This document shows, one piece after another, positions 37,765 through 47,879 of a DNA stretch of 64,000 bases. The notes under the pieces were generated by a model. The model saw only the letters and a program-made list of their open reading frames with translations. It was not told the origin of the DNA and made no database searches. Made by a program: the position numbers and the translations under genes. Position 1 is the stretch's first letter; each line of letters opens with the position of its first letter. The stretch covers positions 1-64,000 of the IMG/VR virus record IMGVR_UViG_3300020471_000623, one strand, 5' to 3'. This DNA is from a virus.

Positions 37765-38237
37765 GTGATAGTATATTAGAAGGATTTGGAGAACCTATCG
37801 TAGAGGTAGATGAGAAAGAGTTTGAAGACAAACTCAAGAAGATATCTCCTTTTGACTTCGTAAATAGCATAAACTATTCTAAAGAAAACTTAATTGTAGA
37901 TGAAAGAACAGAAAAAGAATATAATCCATTCATTGTAAATCGTGCAATGGGCTTTGGTCCTGATACAGTTATTGCAGGTAATGAAATGAATAGCAGGCAT
38001 CACTTAGACAACAAAATGCAGTATGACTTTCTAATGGCAACTGTTAGAAAGGCAAAGAGATATAATAAATGGATAAAAGCAGAAGAATCTAACATTGAAG
38101 CTATACAAAAGTTCTTCGGTTATTCCTTTATGAAGGCAAAAGAAGCACTAAAACTTTTAAATGAAGATCAAATTGATAGAATCAAACTACATTTAGCCAT
38201 GTCTCAAGGGGGCCAAAAGGTCCAAAAACATAAATAA
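37761..38237 (+). CDS. gp62: Clamp loader small subunit
   Basis: PFDFVNSIN, YNPFIVNR and QYDFL motifs. Confidence 0.9.
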   Translation: MSDSILEGFGEPIVEVDEKEFEDKLKKISPFDFVNSINYSKENLIVDERTEKEYNPFIVNRAMGFGPDTVIAGNEMNSRHHLDNKMQYDFLMATVRKAKRYNKWIKAEESNIEAIQKFFGYSFMKAKEALKLLNEDQIDRIKLHLAMSQGGQKVQKHK

Positions 38238-38274
38238 GTTATTATAGACATAATAATTTACAAGAAACAGAGAA

Positions 38275-38703
38275 TTGAGAATGGTTGATCAAGACAATTA
38301 CTTTAATATAGACTATCCAGGTTATTCACCCTTAGAAGTTTCATTAAAGGACCCAGAAGATTTCCTAAAAGTGAGGGAGACTCTATCACGAATAGGTGTT
38401 GCTTCTAAGAAGGAAAAGGTTCTTTATCAGTCTTGTCATATACTGCACAAAAAAGGTAGATACTTTATTACACATTTTAAAGAACTATTTGCATTAGACG
38501 GCAAGGAAGCTGACTTCCAAGACAATGATTTACAACGAAGAAATACAATAGCAAAACTACTATCCGATTGGGGATTAGTAGACATCATTTCTAAAGATGT
38601 TGATGATTATGCTCCTTTAAGTCAGATAAAAATAATATCATTTAAGGAGAAGGGTGAGTGGGAGCTAATCCCTAAATATAACATTGGGAAGAAAGTCAAA
38701 TAA
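38275..38703 (+). CDS. regA: Translational repressor RegA
   Basis: DFLKVRETLSRIG and LYQSCHILHKKGRYFITHFKELF motifs. Confidence 0.96.
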   Translation: MRMVDQDNYFNIDYPGYSPLEVSLKDPEDFLKVRETLSRIGVASKKEKVLYQSCHILHKKGRYFITHFKELFALDGKEADFQDNDLQRRNTIAKLLSDWGLVDIISKDVDDYAPLSQIKIISFKEKGEWELIPKYNIGKKVK

Positions 38704-40012
38704 CCAGGAATACTGGCTCAACAAGATAAAAACAGACTTGGACGCAATTGGTCCAGGATTCTGTATCTTAAAATGGCACTATCTTGAGTTATCACTTGCA
38801 GAGGGACTGAAACATTCTTGTTATCATTGTCCACAACACAAAATACCTTTAAAATCAGATTTACACAATACACCTACAACAAAAGAAGTAAGGCAACAAA
38901 TGCTGGATGGACTAAAACCAGCCGAGGACAATTATTGCTACGATATCGAGAAAACAGGCAACTATTCTGATAGGCAATATCTTGCCGTTCAGTTCATAAA
39001 AGAAGACCCTAACATTATCGCCAAGACAGCAGCTTACGAACCTGATGAACAAATATATCCTAAATATCTAACAGTCAGTTTTACAAATAGATGTCAAATG
39101 TCCTGTATATATTGTGGTGCAGGAAAAAGTTCTACATGGAAAAAAGAAATAGATGAACATGGACCTTATCCTCTAAATGTAAAAGATAATTATGACAAGT
39201 ATATGCCTAGAAATGATATAATGAAAGTAGAAGATAATCCTTATGTAGATAAATTTTGGAAATGGTTACCAGATGCTTATCCTCACTTACAAACAATTAG
39301 ACTTACAGGTGGTGAACCTTTATTAGATGAAAATACATTTAAGTTATTACAATATGTTAAGGATAATCCTAAAGAACTATCATTTGAAATAAGCACAAAT
39401 TTAATGGTTACAGATAGGCGAGTATCTAATTATATAAATTTAGTGAAAGGCTTACCAGGACAGAAATGTTATGTAAGCGTAGATACTTGGGGAGAACAAG
39501 CAGAATGGATTAGAACAGGACTAAAAATAGAACAATTTGAACATAACCTACACAGAGTATTAGGTAACGGTATAAAAGTAGGTATTATGTGCACCTTTAA
39601 TCTTTTATCTATTCCTAACTTTGAAGAGTGGGTATTTAAAATGGCAGAACTAAAACAACAATATCCTGGACTGCTTACAGTTGATGTTCCTCAAATGGTA
39701 GAGCCATTACACCTAACTACAAGAATTGCTGATAAAAAGTTAATAAATATGTTGGATAAGGCATATAAGTCTATGCTAACGTATTCGCATCTATTTGAAG
39801 ATTACGAAATATCTAAATTTAAAAGAACAATAGCATGGACAAAGGCAAACCTTATGAAAGGCGAAGAATTAGAGAGAAATAGAAAAGACTTTGTTAAATT
39901 TGCCAATGAAAAAGATAGGAGAAGAGGCACAAATTTTTTAGAAACTTTTCCTGAATTGAAAGAATTTTATAATGACACAAGCACAACAATACAAGCTACT
40001 TCATCCATATAA
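38684..40012 (+). CDS. Radical SAM protein
   Basis: RCQMSCIYC and TGGEPLL; additional N-terminal Cys cluster. Confidence 0.85.
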   Translation: MGRKSNNQEYWLNKIKTDLDAIGPGFCILKWHYLELSLAEGLKHSCYHCPQHKIPLKSDLHNTPTTKEVRQQMLDGLKPAEDNYCYDIEKTGNYSDRQYLAVQFIKEDPNIIAKTAAYEPDEQIYPKYLTVSFTNRCQMSCIYCGAGKSSTWKKEIDEHGPYPLNVKDNYDKYMPRNDIMKVEDNPYVDKFWKWLPDAYPHLQTIRLTGGEPLLDENTFKLLQYVKDNPKELSFEISTNLMVTDRRVSNYINLVKGLPGQKCYVSVDTWGEQAEWIRTGLKIEQFEHNLHRVLGNGIKVGIMCTFNLLSIPNFEEWVFKMAELKQQYPGLLTVDVPQMVEPLHLTTRIADKKLINMLDKAYKSMLTYSHLFEDYEISKFKRTIAWTKANLMKGEELERNRKDFVKFANEKDRRRGTNFLETFPELKEFYNDTSTTIQATSSI

Positions 40013-40628
40013 TCCTACAATATTAGTAGCAGACGATTTCTTTCCAGCAGAAAAATGTGATTTATTATTAGAAGCTGCACAAGAACCAGACTTTTTTAAG
40101 AAATCCTCAGTAGGAGATGACCCAGATAATCCTACATATGATTATAGACGAACAAGTAAGACAGGTTGGATAGATTATAACAATGTTACAGCTCACGAAT
40201 TTTTACAAAGAGCAGCTTCAATATTAAATGTGAGACCTGAACAGTCAGAACAATTACAAATAGTCAGCTATGATTTAGGACAAGAATATGCACCTCATCA
40301 AGATGCATTTCCTTTAGATTCATATCAACTTAATGAAAACGGCGGACAAAGAGTAGCAACTGCATTATTATATTTAAATACACCTACAGAAGGAGGAGCA
40401 ACATCTTTTCCTAGTATAAATGGTGGTAGAGGATATGAAGTGCAAGCAAGAAAAGGAAGATGTGTATTTTTTACTACTACATTCTTAGGATTACAAGAAC
40501 CACATCCGTTTTCACTACACGGTGCTATGCCATTAATTAAAGGTAGAAAGTATGTTGCTAACTGTTGGTTTAGACAACATCAAAGATGGGCATATAAAAC
40601 ACCAGAAGACACAGATCAAAGTGATTAA
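39972..40628 (+). CDS. 2OG-Fe(II) oxygenase, prolyl-4-hydroxylase-like
   Basis: RTS, HQD, R.ATALLYLN..GGAT.FP and H.A.P...G.K motifs. Confidence 0.9.
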   Translation: MTQAQQYKLLHPYNPTILVADDFFPAEKCDLLLEAAQEPDFFKKSSVGDDPDNPTYDYRRTSKTGWIDYNNVTAHEFLQRAASILNVRPEQSEQLQIVSYDLGQEYAPHQDAFPLDSYQLNENGGQRVATALLYLNTPTEGGATSFPSINGGRGYEVQARKGRCVFFTTTFLGLQEPHPFSLHGAMPLIKGRKYVANCWFRQHQRWAYKTPEDTDQSD

Positions 40629-40631
40629 TTT

Positions 40632-40639
40632 TATAAATA
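40632..40639 (+). promoter_or_regulatory. Late promoter TATAAATA
   Basis: Exact consensus at the start of a long structured intergenic region. Confidence 0.7.
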
Positions 40640-40850
40640 GTATTACCTCGTTGACAAAACGACCTAGATGGGTTTTAAATCCATTTTGTTTAGGTAGTAA
40701 ATGTTTGGAGATGTATAGGAGGCTTTTAGCCATACTATGTGTTCCAAAGGAATTTTACTACGCAACCTGGGAAGTTTTAGAGAGGTATTTGGGTATGAGG
40801 CAGAAAACTGATATATTCATTATTGAAACCGAAACCTCTACTCATCTTAC

Positions 40851-40913
40851 TGATACGCCGGAAGGGTATCATTTTATATTAACCTTGCTAACTAATAGGA
40901 GGAAACTAACATG
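40851..40913 (+). promoter_or_regulatory. ROSE-like RNA thermometer in hsp20 5' UTR
   Basis: CCUUGCUA pairs with the SD UAGGAGG leaving a bulged G; upstream GGAA-tetraloop hairpin. Confidence 0.7.
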
Positions 40914-41357
40914 GTAAGATTAAGCACGACTAATTGGAACAATTTCGTTTCAGCATTCCCACAAGTAGAAAGTAGATTAATAGGATTTGACAGAGTATTT
41001 GACGCTGTCAATAGACTTCATAGTATTGAAGGCGGACAATCTAACTCTTTCCCACCTTACAACATCAAGAAACTAGATGATGAAAATTATGAAATCACAC
41101 TAGCTCTTGCAGGCTTTAAAAAGTCTGAATTAAGTGTTGTTGTGGAAGACGGCAACCTTGTCGTCAAAGGTGAGCAAGAAAAATCAGAAGATGAATTCTT
41201 GCACAAAGGAATTGCAGAACGCAATTTCACAAGAACATGGGCTTTAGCAGATGAAGTTAAAGTATCAGGTTCTAAACTTGAAGATGGAGTTTTAACTATT
41301 TCACTGGTTCATGAAATACCAGAGGAAAAGAAACCTGTCGATATAAAAATTAAATAA
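40911..41357 (+). CDS. Small heat-shock protein (Hsp20/IbpA-like)
   Basis: FPPYNI, ALAGF, HKGIAERNF and DGVL.I.L motifs. Confidence 0.95.
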   Translation: MVRLSTTNWNNFVSAFPQVESRLIGFDRVFDAVNRLHSIEGGQSNSFPPYNIKKLDDENYEITLALAGFKKSELSVVVEDGNLVVKGEQEKSEDEFLHKGIAERNFTRTWALADEVKVSGSKLEDGVLTISLVHEIPEEKKPVDIKIK

Positions 41358-41373
41358 TTACAGGAGAAGGAGC

Positions 41374-41727
41374 ATGTCTAAAAACATTCAAATAATCAAA
41401 CTCACAACGGGTGAAGACTTAATTGGAGAAGTAGGCGATACAGAAGTAGATGGAAAAGCATTTCTAACTATTGATAAACCTGCACTAATCATGATGATGC
41501 CTAAGCCTGGAAGTGATAATGAATTTGGTGTGGGACTTGCTCCTTACGCTCCTTTTGCCAAAGGGCACAAGGTTCCTATTTTTCCAGCGCATATTGTATC
41601 AGTCTATGACCCTGCAGAGGAAATACTATCAGCATATAACCAGAAGTTCGGAGCTGGACTTGTTATGCCGACACAGAAAGAAAAGTCGATTATAAATAAA
41701 CAAGTATTAAACGAACAGAAGAAGTAA
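41374..41727 (+). CDS. Conserved hypothetical protein (small beta/Sm-like)
   Basis: IIKLTTGEDLIG motif; AAGGAG RBS. Confidence 0.7.
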   Translation: MSKNIQIIKLTTGEDLIGEVGDTEVDGKAFLTIDKPALIMMMPKPGSDNEFGVGLAPYAPFAKGHKVPIFPAHIVSVYDPAEEILSAYNQKFGAGLVMPTQKEKSIINKQVLNEQKK

Positions 41728-41728
41728 T

Positions 41729-42130
41729 ATGTATGAATACAGAATTAACGTTGTCAAAATCATAGATGGAGATACAGTAGATGTGGACATTGACCTCGGT
41801 TTCGGTGTCTGGCTCAAGAAGCAAAGAATACGACTGCATGGGATTGATACTCCCGAAAGTCGAACCCGTGACCTCGATGAAAAACGATATGGACTCATGG
41901 CAAAGAAATTCCTTACGGAACAAATCAAAGATGGAGCTATACTCAAAACAAGGCTCGATAAAAAAGGAAAATACGGTAGGATACTTGGTGAATTTCTTAG
42001 TTTAGATGATAGAACTAATATCAATGAACTAATGATATTGAAACACCATGCCGTCTCTTATCACGGTGCAAGTAAACAGGAAATAGCAGAAGGACACTTG
42101 CGCAATAGGACCAGAGTAAAAGAAATCTAA
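41729..42130 (+). CDS. Staphylococcal nuclease-like (thermonuclease) protein
   Basis: IDGDTV, RIRL.GIDTPE and GKYGRIL motifs. Confidence 0.9.
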   Translation: MYEYRINVVKIIDGDTVDVDIDLGFGVWLKKQRIRLHGIDTPESRTRDLDEKRYGLMAKKFLTEQIKDGAILKTRLDKKGKYGRILGEFLSLDDRTNINELMILKHHAVSYHGASKQEIAEGHLRNRTRVKEI

Positions 42131-42159
42131 TTGACTGTAGGTTCGTAAGAGCCTATAAT
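42131..42159 (+). promoter_or_regulatory. Sigma70-like promoter for gp43
   Basis: TTGACT-gtaGGTTCgtaAGAGcc-TATAAT. Confidence 0.8.
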
Positions 42160-42185
42160 GTCTATATTATTAATAAGGTGTTGTT

Positions 42186-44684
42186 ATGAATTTCTATACT
42201 TATGCTCGACATTATGGGGACAAGATACTTGTCCGAGGTGTTAAGGATGGAAGAAGGTTTATAGGTAAACATGATTTCCGTCCAACATTATTCGTAAAGT
42301 CAGATAAGCCAAGCAAATACAAATCAATATATGGTGAAAATGTTTCGCCTATTCAGTTTGAATCCAACAAGGAGGCAACCGCCTTCTATGACAGATACAA
42401 AGATATATCCAACTTTCCTATATACGGACAAGACTATTATGGCTATCAGTATATTACAGAAAAATATCCTGGCATAGTAGAATGGGACGCTAAAAATATT
42501 AAGGTTTTTTCTATTGATATAGAAACAACTTCGGAAAGTGGATTTCCGAACGTGGACTCTCCAACCGAGAAGATGTTAGTTATTACCATGCAAGATAACA
42601 ACACCAAGAAAATAACAACCTTCGGAGTTGGAGAGTTCACACCTACAGACAATGTAAAAGGATATGATATAGATTATATCAACTGTAAAGATGAATATAC
42701 ATTACTAAAAACATTCTTAGAATGGTGGCAGGATAATTGTCCAGATGTTATTACAGGCTGGAACTCTGCCTTATTTGATATTCCTTATTTACTTGCAAGA
42801 ACAGAAAGAATATTGGGGGAAGGGGAGCATAAGAAGTTTTCTCCCTTCGAGCTTGTAAACAAACGAAAAGTTAGGTTTGCAGCAGGAAGGGAGATGACTG
42901 CTTTTGAGATTACAGGTGTTGCACAACTAGACTATCTCGACTTATACAAGAAGTTTACTTATGTGACTCGTGAATCTTATAAACTAGACTTTATTGCTGA
43001 AACAGAACTAGGCAAGAACAAATTAGAGTCTGGGTTTGATACATTTAAGGAGTTCTATGAGGGTGACTGGAATAGATTTGTAGAATATAATATTATTGAT
43101 ACAGTTATTGTTGATGAACTAGAAGATAAAATGAAACTTATTGAACTAGCATTGACAATGGCATATGACGCTAAATGTAACTACAATGACGTCTTCTCAG
43201 CAGTTAGAACATGGGATAGTTTACTTTACAATCACTTATGGGAGAAGAACATTGTTATCCATCAGAAAAGTGGAAAGAAAGATAGACAGATCGAAGGAGC
43301 CTATGTCCAAGAGCCTAAACCAGGCGGTTATGATTGGGTATGTAGCTTTGACGCTACAAGTCTGTATCCTTCTATACTTATGCAGTATAATATGAGTCCA
43401 GAAACTATTGTCCCTGGATTCAAGTATGATGTTAAGGTTGATGACTTGTTAGATAGATACAAGTTAGACAAACTGAAAGAAAAGAACTATGCTATGGCAT
43501 CTAATGGCACATGCTATACAAGAGAGAAACAAGGATTGTTTCCTGAGATTGTCCAGAAGTTCTTTAATGATAGATTAAAATACAAAAAACTAATGCAGGA
43601 GGCACAGAAGAAATATCAGGAGACAGGTGCTAAGGCATATCAGAATGAGGTTAGTAAATACAACAACTTCCAGATGGCTAGAAAGATTCAACTAAACAGC
43701 TTATATGGTGCCCTCGCTAATCAATACTTTAGATTCTATGATGACGATATTGCAGAAGGTATTACAATGACAGGACAACTTGTTATTCGAGATACTGCTA
43801 AGGCGTTAGATAATTACATGAACAAAGTATGTGGCACAGAAGATGAAATGTATTCTTTTTATAGTGATACTGACTCTTGTTATGTAACCTGTAAAAATCT
43901 AGTAGAAAACTTCTTCCCTGATAAAGGTGTAGATAAAACAGTTGAACTATTAGATAAGATAGGAACAGATAAAATAGAACCTGCTATAGATCAGGCAATG
44001 ACTAAACTTGCTAATTACACAAATGCTTTCGAGAATAAAATATTCTTTAAACGTGAGGTAATTGCAGATAAAGGTATATTTGTTGCTAAGAAACGTTATG
44101 CCTTGAACGTTTTAGATGATGAAGGATTACGTCTACAAAAGGCAAAACTAAAGGTAATGGGACTAGAAATAGTAAGAAGTAGCACTCCTGGCCCTATTAG
44201 AGAGTCTCTAAGGGAGGCAGTTAGGCTAATACTTACAAGCACACAAGAAGAATTACATAGTTTTATAGAGAATACGAAACAAGACTTCCATACTATGACT
44301 GCTGAGGATATAGCATTTCCTAGAGGTTGTAACAATATGGCAAAGTATCATTCTACAGCAGACATCTATAGTAAAGGCACACCTATACATGTTCGAGGTG
44401 GTTTACTTTACAATTATTATGTGAGTAAATTGAACTTGAACTTAAAATATGAACAGATACAAGAAGGAGATAAGATTAAGTTTTTATATTTGAAAGAACC
44501 TAATCCTCTGAAAGAAAATACTATTGCTTTTGTGGCAAAACTTCCTAATGAGTTTGGATTAGAAAAGTATGTGGACTATGAACTAATATTCCAAAAGGCA
44601 TTCTTAGACCCTCTTGATAATATACTAAAGCCTATAGGTTGGCATACAGAACCACAGGCAACACTCGAGGATTTATTTGCATGA
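42186..44684 (+). CDS. gp43: Family B DNA polymerase
   Basis: DIET, FDATSLYPS, KIQLNSLYG, YSDTDS and KKRYA motifs. Confidence 0.98.
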   Translation: MNFYTYARHYGDKILVRGVKDGRRFIGKHDFRPTLFVKSDKPSKYKSIYGENVSPIQFESNKEATAFYDRYKDISNFPIYGQDYYGYQYITEKYPGIVEWDAKNIKVFSIDIETTSESGFPNVDSPTEKMLVITMQDNNTKKITTFGVGEFTPTDNVKGYDIDYINCKDEYTLLKTFLEWWQDNCPDVITGWNSALFDIPYLLARTERILGEGEHKKFSPFELVNKRKVRFAAGREMTAFEITGVAQLDYLDLYKKFTYVTRESYKLDFIAETELGKNKLESGFDTFKEFYEGDWNRFVEYNIIDTVIVDELEDKMKLIELALTMAYDAKCNYNDVFSAVRTWDSLLYNHLWEKNIVIHQKSGKKDRQIEGAYVQEPKPGGYDWVCSFDATSLYPSILMQYNMSPETIVPGFKYDVKVDDLLDRYKLDKLKEKNYAMASNGTCYTREKQGLFPEIVQKFFNDRLKYKKLMQEAQKKYQETGAKAYQNEVSKYNNFQMARKIQLNSLYGALANQYFRFYDDDIAEGITMTGQLVIRDTAKALDNYMNKVCGTEDEMYSFYSDTDSCYVTCKNLVENFFPDKGVDKTVELLDKIGTDKIEPAIDQAMTKLANYTNAFENKIFFKREVIADKGIFVAKKRYALNVLDDEGLRLQKAKLKVMGLEIVRSSTPGPIRESLREAVRLILTSTQEELHSFIENTKQDFHTMTAEDIAFPRGCNNMAKYHSTADIYSKGTPIHVRGGLLYNYYVSKLNLNLKYEQIQEGDKIKFLYLKEPNPLKENTIAFVAKLPNEFGLEKYVDYELIFQKAFLDPLDNILKPIGWHTEPQATLEDLFA

Positions 44685-45040
44685 TGAGAACATTTGGAGA
44701 AAAAACATATAGACCGTTACCTAAAGAGGTAACGATTACAACATCTAAAATAGATGGATTAGGATTACATGCCTTACAAAATTTACAGGCAGGAACAGTA
44801 TTAGGAGAGACTCATGTTCTAGTTCACGATAAGGATAGACTAGAATGGGTAAGAACACCTTTAGGAGGATTTATTAATCATAGTGATGACCCTAACAGTT
44901 ATATTGCTACAAATAAAGGAGATAGAATATTACATACTATCAAACCTGTAAAAGCAGGAGAAGAAATAACTGTTTATTATCGTTTCAAAGGTTATGATGG
45001 AACTACAGGTGATGACACAGAAGTAGAAATAGATGCGTAA
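44681..45040 (+). CDS. Minimal SET-domain protein (start reassigned to 44681)
   Basis: SKIDGLGLHA, GFINHS.DPN and GEEITV.Y motifs; ATGA overlap with gp43. Confidence 0.85.
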   Translation: MMRTFGEKTYRPLPKEVTITTSKIDGLGLHALQNLQAGTVLGETHVLVHDKDRLEWVRTPLGGFINHSDDPNSYIATNKGDRILHTIKPVKAGEEITVYYRFKGYDGTTGDDTEVEIDA

Positions 45041-45618
45041 TGTATATTAGATTGATGGAAAACCAAATAAGAAACATACCTAGTTTCTGGCCTCATGATT
45101 GGCCATTTAATGATATTGTAAAAAGATTGCCTGATACAGGTAAACTATTAGAGATAGGTCCTTATTTAGGAAAGTCTACAACTACATGGGCACAAGAATT
45201 TAAAAAGGCAAACAAGGATTGGGAAATACATACAATAGATGCTTTTGAAGGTATAAAGAAAGCATGGCCTGGAATGGAACATTTACAAATAACAGAAGAA
45301 GAACATTTAGAAAAATTTAAAAGTAATATATCTGGATGGGATAATATTACATGGGAAAAGACAAGATGGACACCTGATTATAAAGGGTTTAGAGAATATG
45401 ATGTGTTATTTTATGATGGCTTACATGACTATGAAAGTGTAAACAAAGTATTAGAACATTATATAAATGTGGAATGTATTGTAGTAGATGATTATGATAT
45501 GGAACACGAAGGAACTATGCAGGCAGTAGATGAATTTTATAATTCATTACCTTGGCCTAAGGAACTAGAACACATAGTTGAAAAAGGTAAGGGTATTGCA
45601 GTAATATGGAGAAAGTGA
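45040..45618 (+). CDS. Class I SAM methyltransferase (Methyltransf_24-like)
   Basis: LEIG.YLGKST, IDAF, FYDGLHDYE and VDDY motifs. Confidence 0.8.
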   Translation: MYIRLMENQIRNIPSFWPHDWPFNDIVKRLPDTGKLLEIGPYLGKSTTTWAQEFKKANKDWEIHTIDAFEGIKKAWPGMEHLQITEEEHLEKFKSNISGWDNITWEKTRWTPDYKGFREYDVLFYDGLHDYESVNKVLEHYINVECIVVDDYDMEHEGTMQAVDEFYNSLPWPKELEHIVEKGKGIAVIWRK

Positions 45619-45797
45619 TGAAAGCAGAACTGAATGAAAAAGACTTTGACGAGTTTTTGAAAAAGACTGAAAAGTTAGAAGAGAAAGGTTACTCATTAGG
45701 TTATGAAGTAACTAAAACTAAAGAAGGAATGTTCTTAGTAGAAATTATTGGAGAACATGACATTAACGAATTAGATACATTAACAGAGGGTAGCTAA
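45606..45797 (+). CDS. Hypothetical protein
   Basis: Tightly packed ORF. Confidence 0.55.
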   Translation: MEKVMKAELNEKDFDEFLKKTEKLEEKGYSLGYEVTKTKEGMFLVEIIGEHDINELDTLTEGS

Positions 45798-45982
45798 TGA
45801 AAATGAGAAAATACTCTGCCACAGGAGGCAGAAAGGCAAGGCGTGAGCGTGCATTAGAACGTTTACAGAAAACTAACTTCACAACTAAAGTCCTAAACGG
45901 CAAGGAACGCAATGAAAAGAACTGGACAAAGAAGAAAGAAGAGGCAATCAAAGTCCTTGAATCCAGAATTGCAGGGGCATAA
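45797..45982 (+). CDS. Small basic hypothetical protein
   Basis: TAATG coupling; RRERALERL motif. Confidence 0.6.
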   Translation: MKMRKYSATGGRKARRERALERLQKTNFTTKVLNGKERNEKNWTKKKEEAIKVLESRIAGA

Positions 45983-46036
45983 AATAAAATTTTTAGAAAA
46001 AAGAATAATAGATCAACAATCAAAAATAGAGGAACA

Positions 46037-46816
46037 ATGGCAAGAGATAAACAAGTTGCAATCATCGGATACGGATTCGTAGGCAAGGCTACAGAATATC
46101 TTTTAGATTATTTTTATCCTGGAACAGAAATACAAATCCATGACCCTGATCAAGGTCATGAGATAGAAGATTGGAATGGTATTGAATATGCCTTTATTTG
46201 TGTTCCAACTAACCTAAAGGGTGATAAATTAGACACATCTATTATAGATAAAGTGTTAAAAGGATTAAGTGAAAGGTCATGTGCTAATATAGTAACACCT
46301 GTAATAAGAAGCACAATAGGTCCTGATCAAGCACTTGATTATTCTCGAAACGGAGCAATAATTATGCCAGAGTTTCTTAGAGAACAACATTGGAAAGTAG
46401 ACGTTGTAGACCCAGACATACCTCTGCTTATAGGATGTGTTAATTGTGATGACTTTATATCTTTCATTATGGATTGTAATTTAAAAGGTAAGAAAGTTTT
46501 TCTTACAGAACCAGCAACAGCAGCTACAATAAAATTATTTAGAAATGCTGCACTAGCAGTTAATGTAGGATTAGCAAATGACATTCATGGCGTATGTGAT
46601 GTTTATGGTTTAGATTATCAAGATGTTAAAAACTTTATGATGAATGATAAAACAATGGGCACACATTGGGAAGTGCCTGGTCCAGATGGAGAGTTTGGTT
46701 TTGGTGGAACTTGTCTACCAAAAGATTTGACTCATGCTTCTGGCCTCGTGTATAATGAGAACAATATTATGAAAACGGCCTTAGAGGCTAACAAAACTAG
46801 GAGAGATGATGAGTAG
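46037..46816 (+). CDS. UDP-glucose/GDP-mannose dehydrogenase family protein (lacks C-terminal domain)
   Basis: IIGYGFVG, FICVPT, RST, PEFLRE and GFGGTCLPKD motifs. Confidence 0.88.
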   Translation: MARDKQVAIIGYGFVGKATEYLLDYFYPGTEIQIHDPDQGHEIEDWNGIEYAFICVPTNLKGDKLDTSIIDKVLKGLSERSCANIVTPVIRSTIGPDQALDYSRNGAIIMPEFLREQHWKVDVVDPDIPLLIGCVNCDDFISFIMDCNLKGKKVFLTEPATAATIKLFRNAALAVNVGLANDIHGVCDVYGLDYQDVKNFMMNDKTMGTHWEVPGPDGEFGFGGTCLPKDLTHASGLVYNENNIMKTALEANKTRRDDE

Positions 46817-47879
46817 TTTGATAGATAGAATAAAGAAAAATTCTACAATAAAAGAGTCTGATGTAATTGCAGATTCTAAATTCCTAAATGATAAGGACTT
46901 GATACAGACTTCTGTTCCAGCAGTTAATGTTGCATTGAGTGGTAAACTTGATGGAGGTTTGACTCCTGGACTTACAGTATTTGCAGGTCCTAGTAAACAT
47001 TTTAAGACTGCTTTTGCTATGTTATTGGCAAAGGCATATTTAGATAAGTATGAAGATGGAGTTATCCTATTTTATGATAGTGAGTTTGGTGCTCCACAAC
47101 AATACTTTGAAACATTTGAAATAGATACAAATAGAGTAATACATAGTCCTATTACAGATATTGAACAACTGAAACATGATAGTATGCAGCAGTTGAATAA
47201 TCTGGAGAGAGGAGATCATGTAATGATTATTGTAGACTCTGTAGGTAACTTGGCATCTAAGAAAGAAGTAGAAGATGCTTTAGATGGTAAGAGTGTAGCA
47301 GACATGACAAGAGCTAAACAAATGAAGTCCTTGTTTAGAATGATTACACCTCATCTAACAATTAAAGATATTCCTGCTATTGTAGTGAACCACACATATA
47401 AAGAAATAGGATTGTTTCCTAAAGATGTTGTTAGTGGTGGCACAGGCATTTATTATTCAGCAGACAATATCTACATTATAGGTAGAAGGCAACAAAAGAC
47501 AGGAACAGAAGTTACAGGTTATGAATTTGTAATTAATGTTGAGAAGTCTAGGTTTGTTAGAGAGAAGTCTAAGATTCCTGTAGAAGTATCTTGGGAGGCA
47601 GGTATTAGTAAATGGTCTGGCTTACTAGATATGGCTATTGAATCTGGACATGTTATAAAACCTAGTAATGGTTGGTATCAGAGAATAGATTCAGATACAG
47701 GTGAAGCAGTAGAGCCTAAGGTAAGATCTAAAGACTTAGGTAAAGACTTCTGGTTGCCTATATTACAAGACAAAACATTTTCTGATTGGATTAGAAATAG
47801 ATATACTATAGGCGCTGTAGATATGATGGCAGCAGAAGTATCGGACGAAGATATTGAGAAAGAATACGATAAAGTGTGA
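46806..47879 (+). CDS. uvsX: RecA-like recombinase
   Basis: AGPSKHFKT, YDSEFG and DMTRAK motifs. Confidence 0.96.
   Translation: MMSSLIDRIKKNSTIKESDVIADSKFLNDKDLIQTSVPAVNVALSGKLDGGLTPGLTVFAGPSKHFKTAFAMLLAKAYLDKYEDGVILFYDSEFGAPQQYFETFEIDTNRVIHSPITDIEQLKHDSMQQLNNLERGDHVMIIVDSVGNLASKKEVEDALDGKSVADMTRAKQMKSLFRMITPHLTIKDIPAIVVNHTYKEIGLFPKDVVSGGTGIYYSADNIYIIGRRQQKTGTEVTGYEFVINVEKSRFVREKSKIPVEVSWEAGISKWSGLLDMAIESGHVIKPSNGWYQRIDSDTGEAVEPKVRSKDLGKDFWLPILQDKTFSDWIRNRYTIGAVDMMAAEVSDEDIEKEYDKV

Noticed and set aside
40552-40917. 121-aa ORF spanning the hsp20 upstream region
   Set aside because: No well-spaced RBS or protein motif; it overlaps a late promoter and strong stem-loops better explained as RNA structure.
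23749-45618. The SAM methyltransferases at 23749 and 45040 as the cognate DNA methylase of the nuclease
   Set aside because: They lack DPPY/SPPY/NPPY or C5 PC motifs, resemble small-molecule or glycan methyltransferases, and are not linked to the nuclease.
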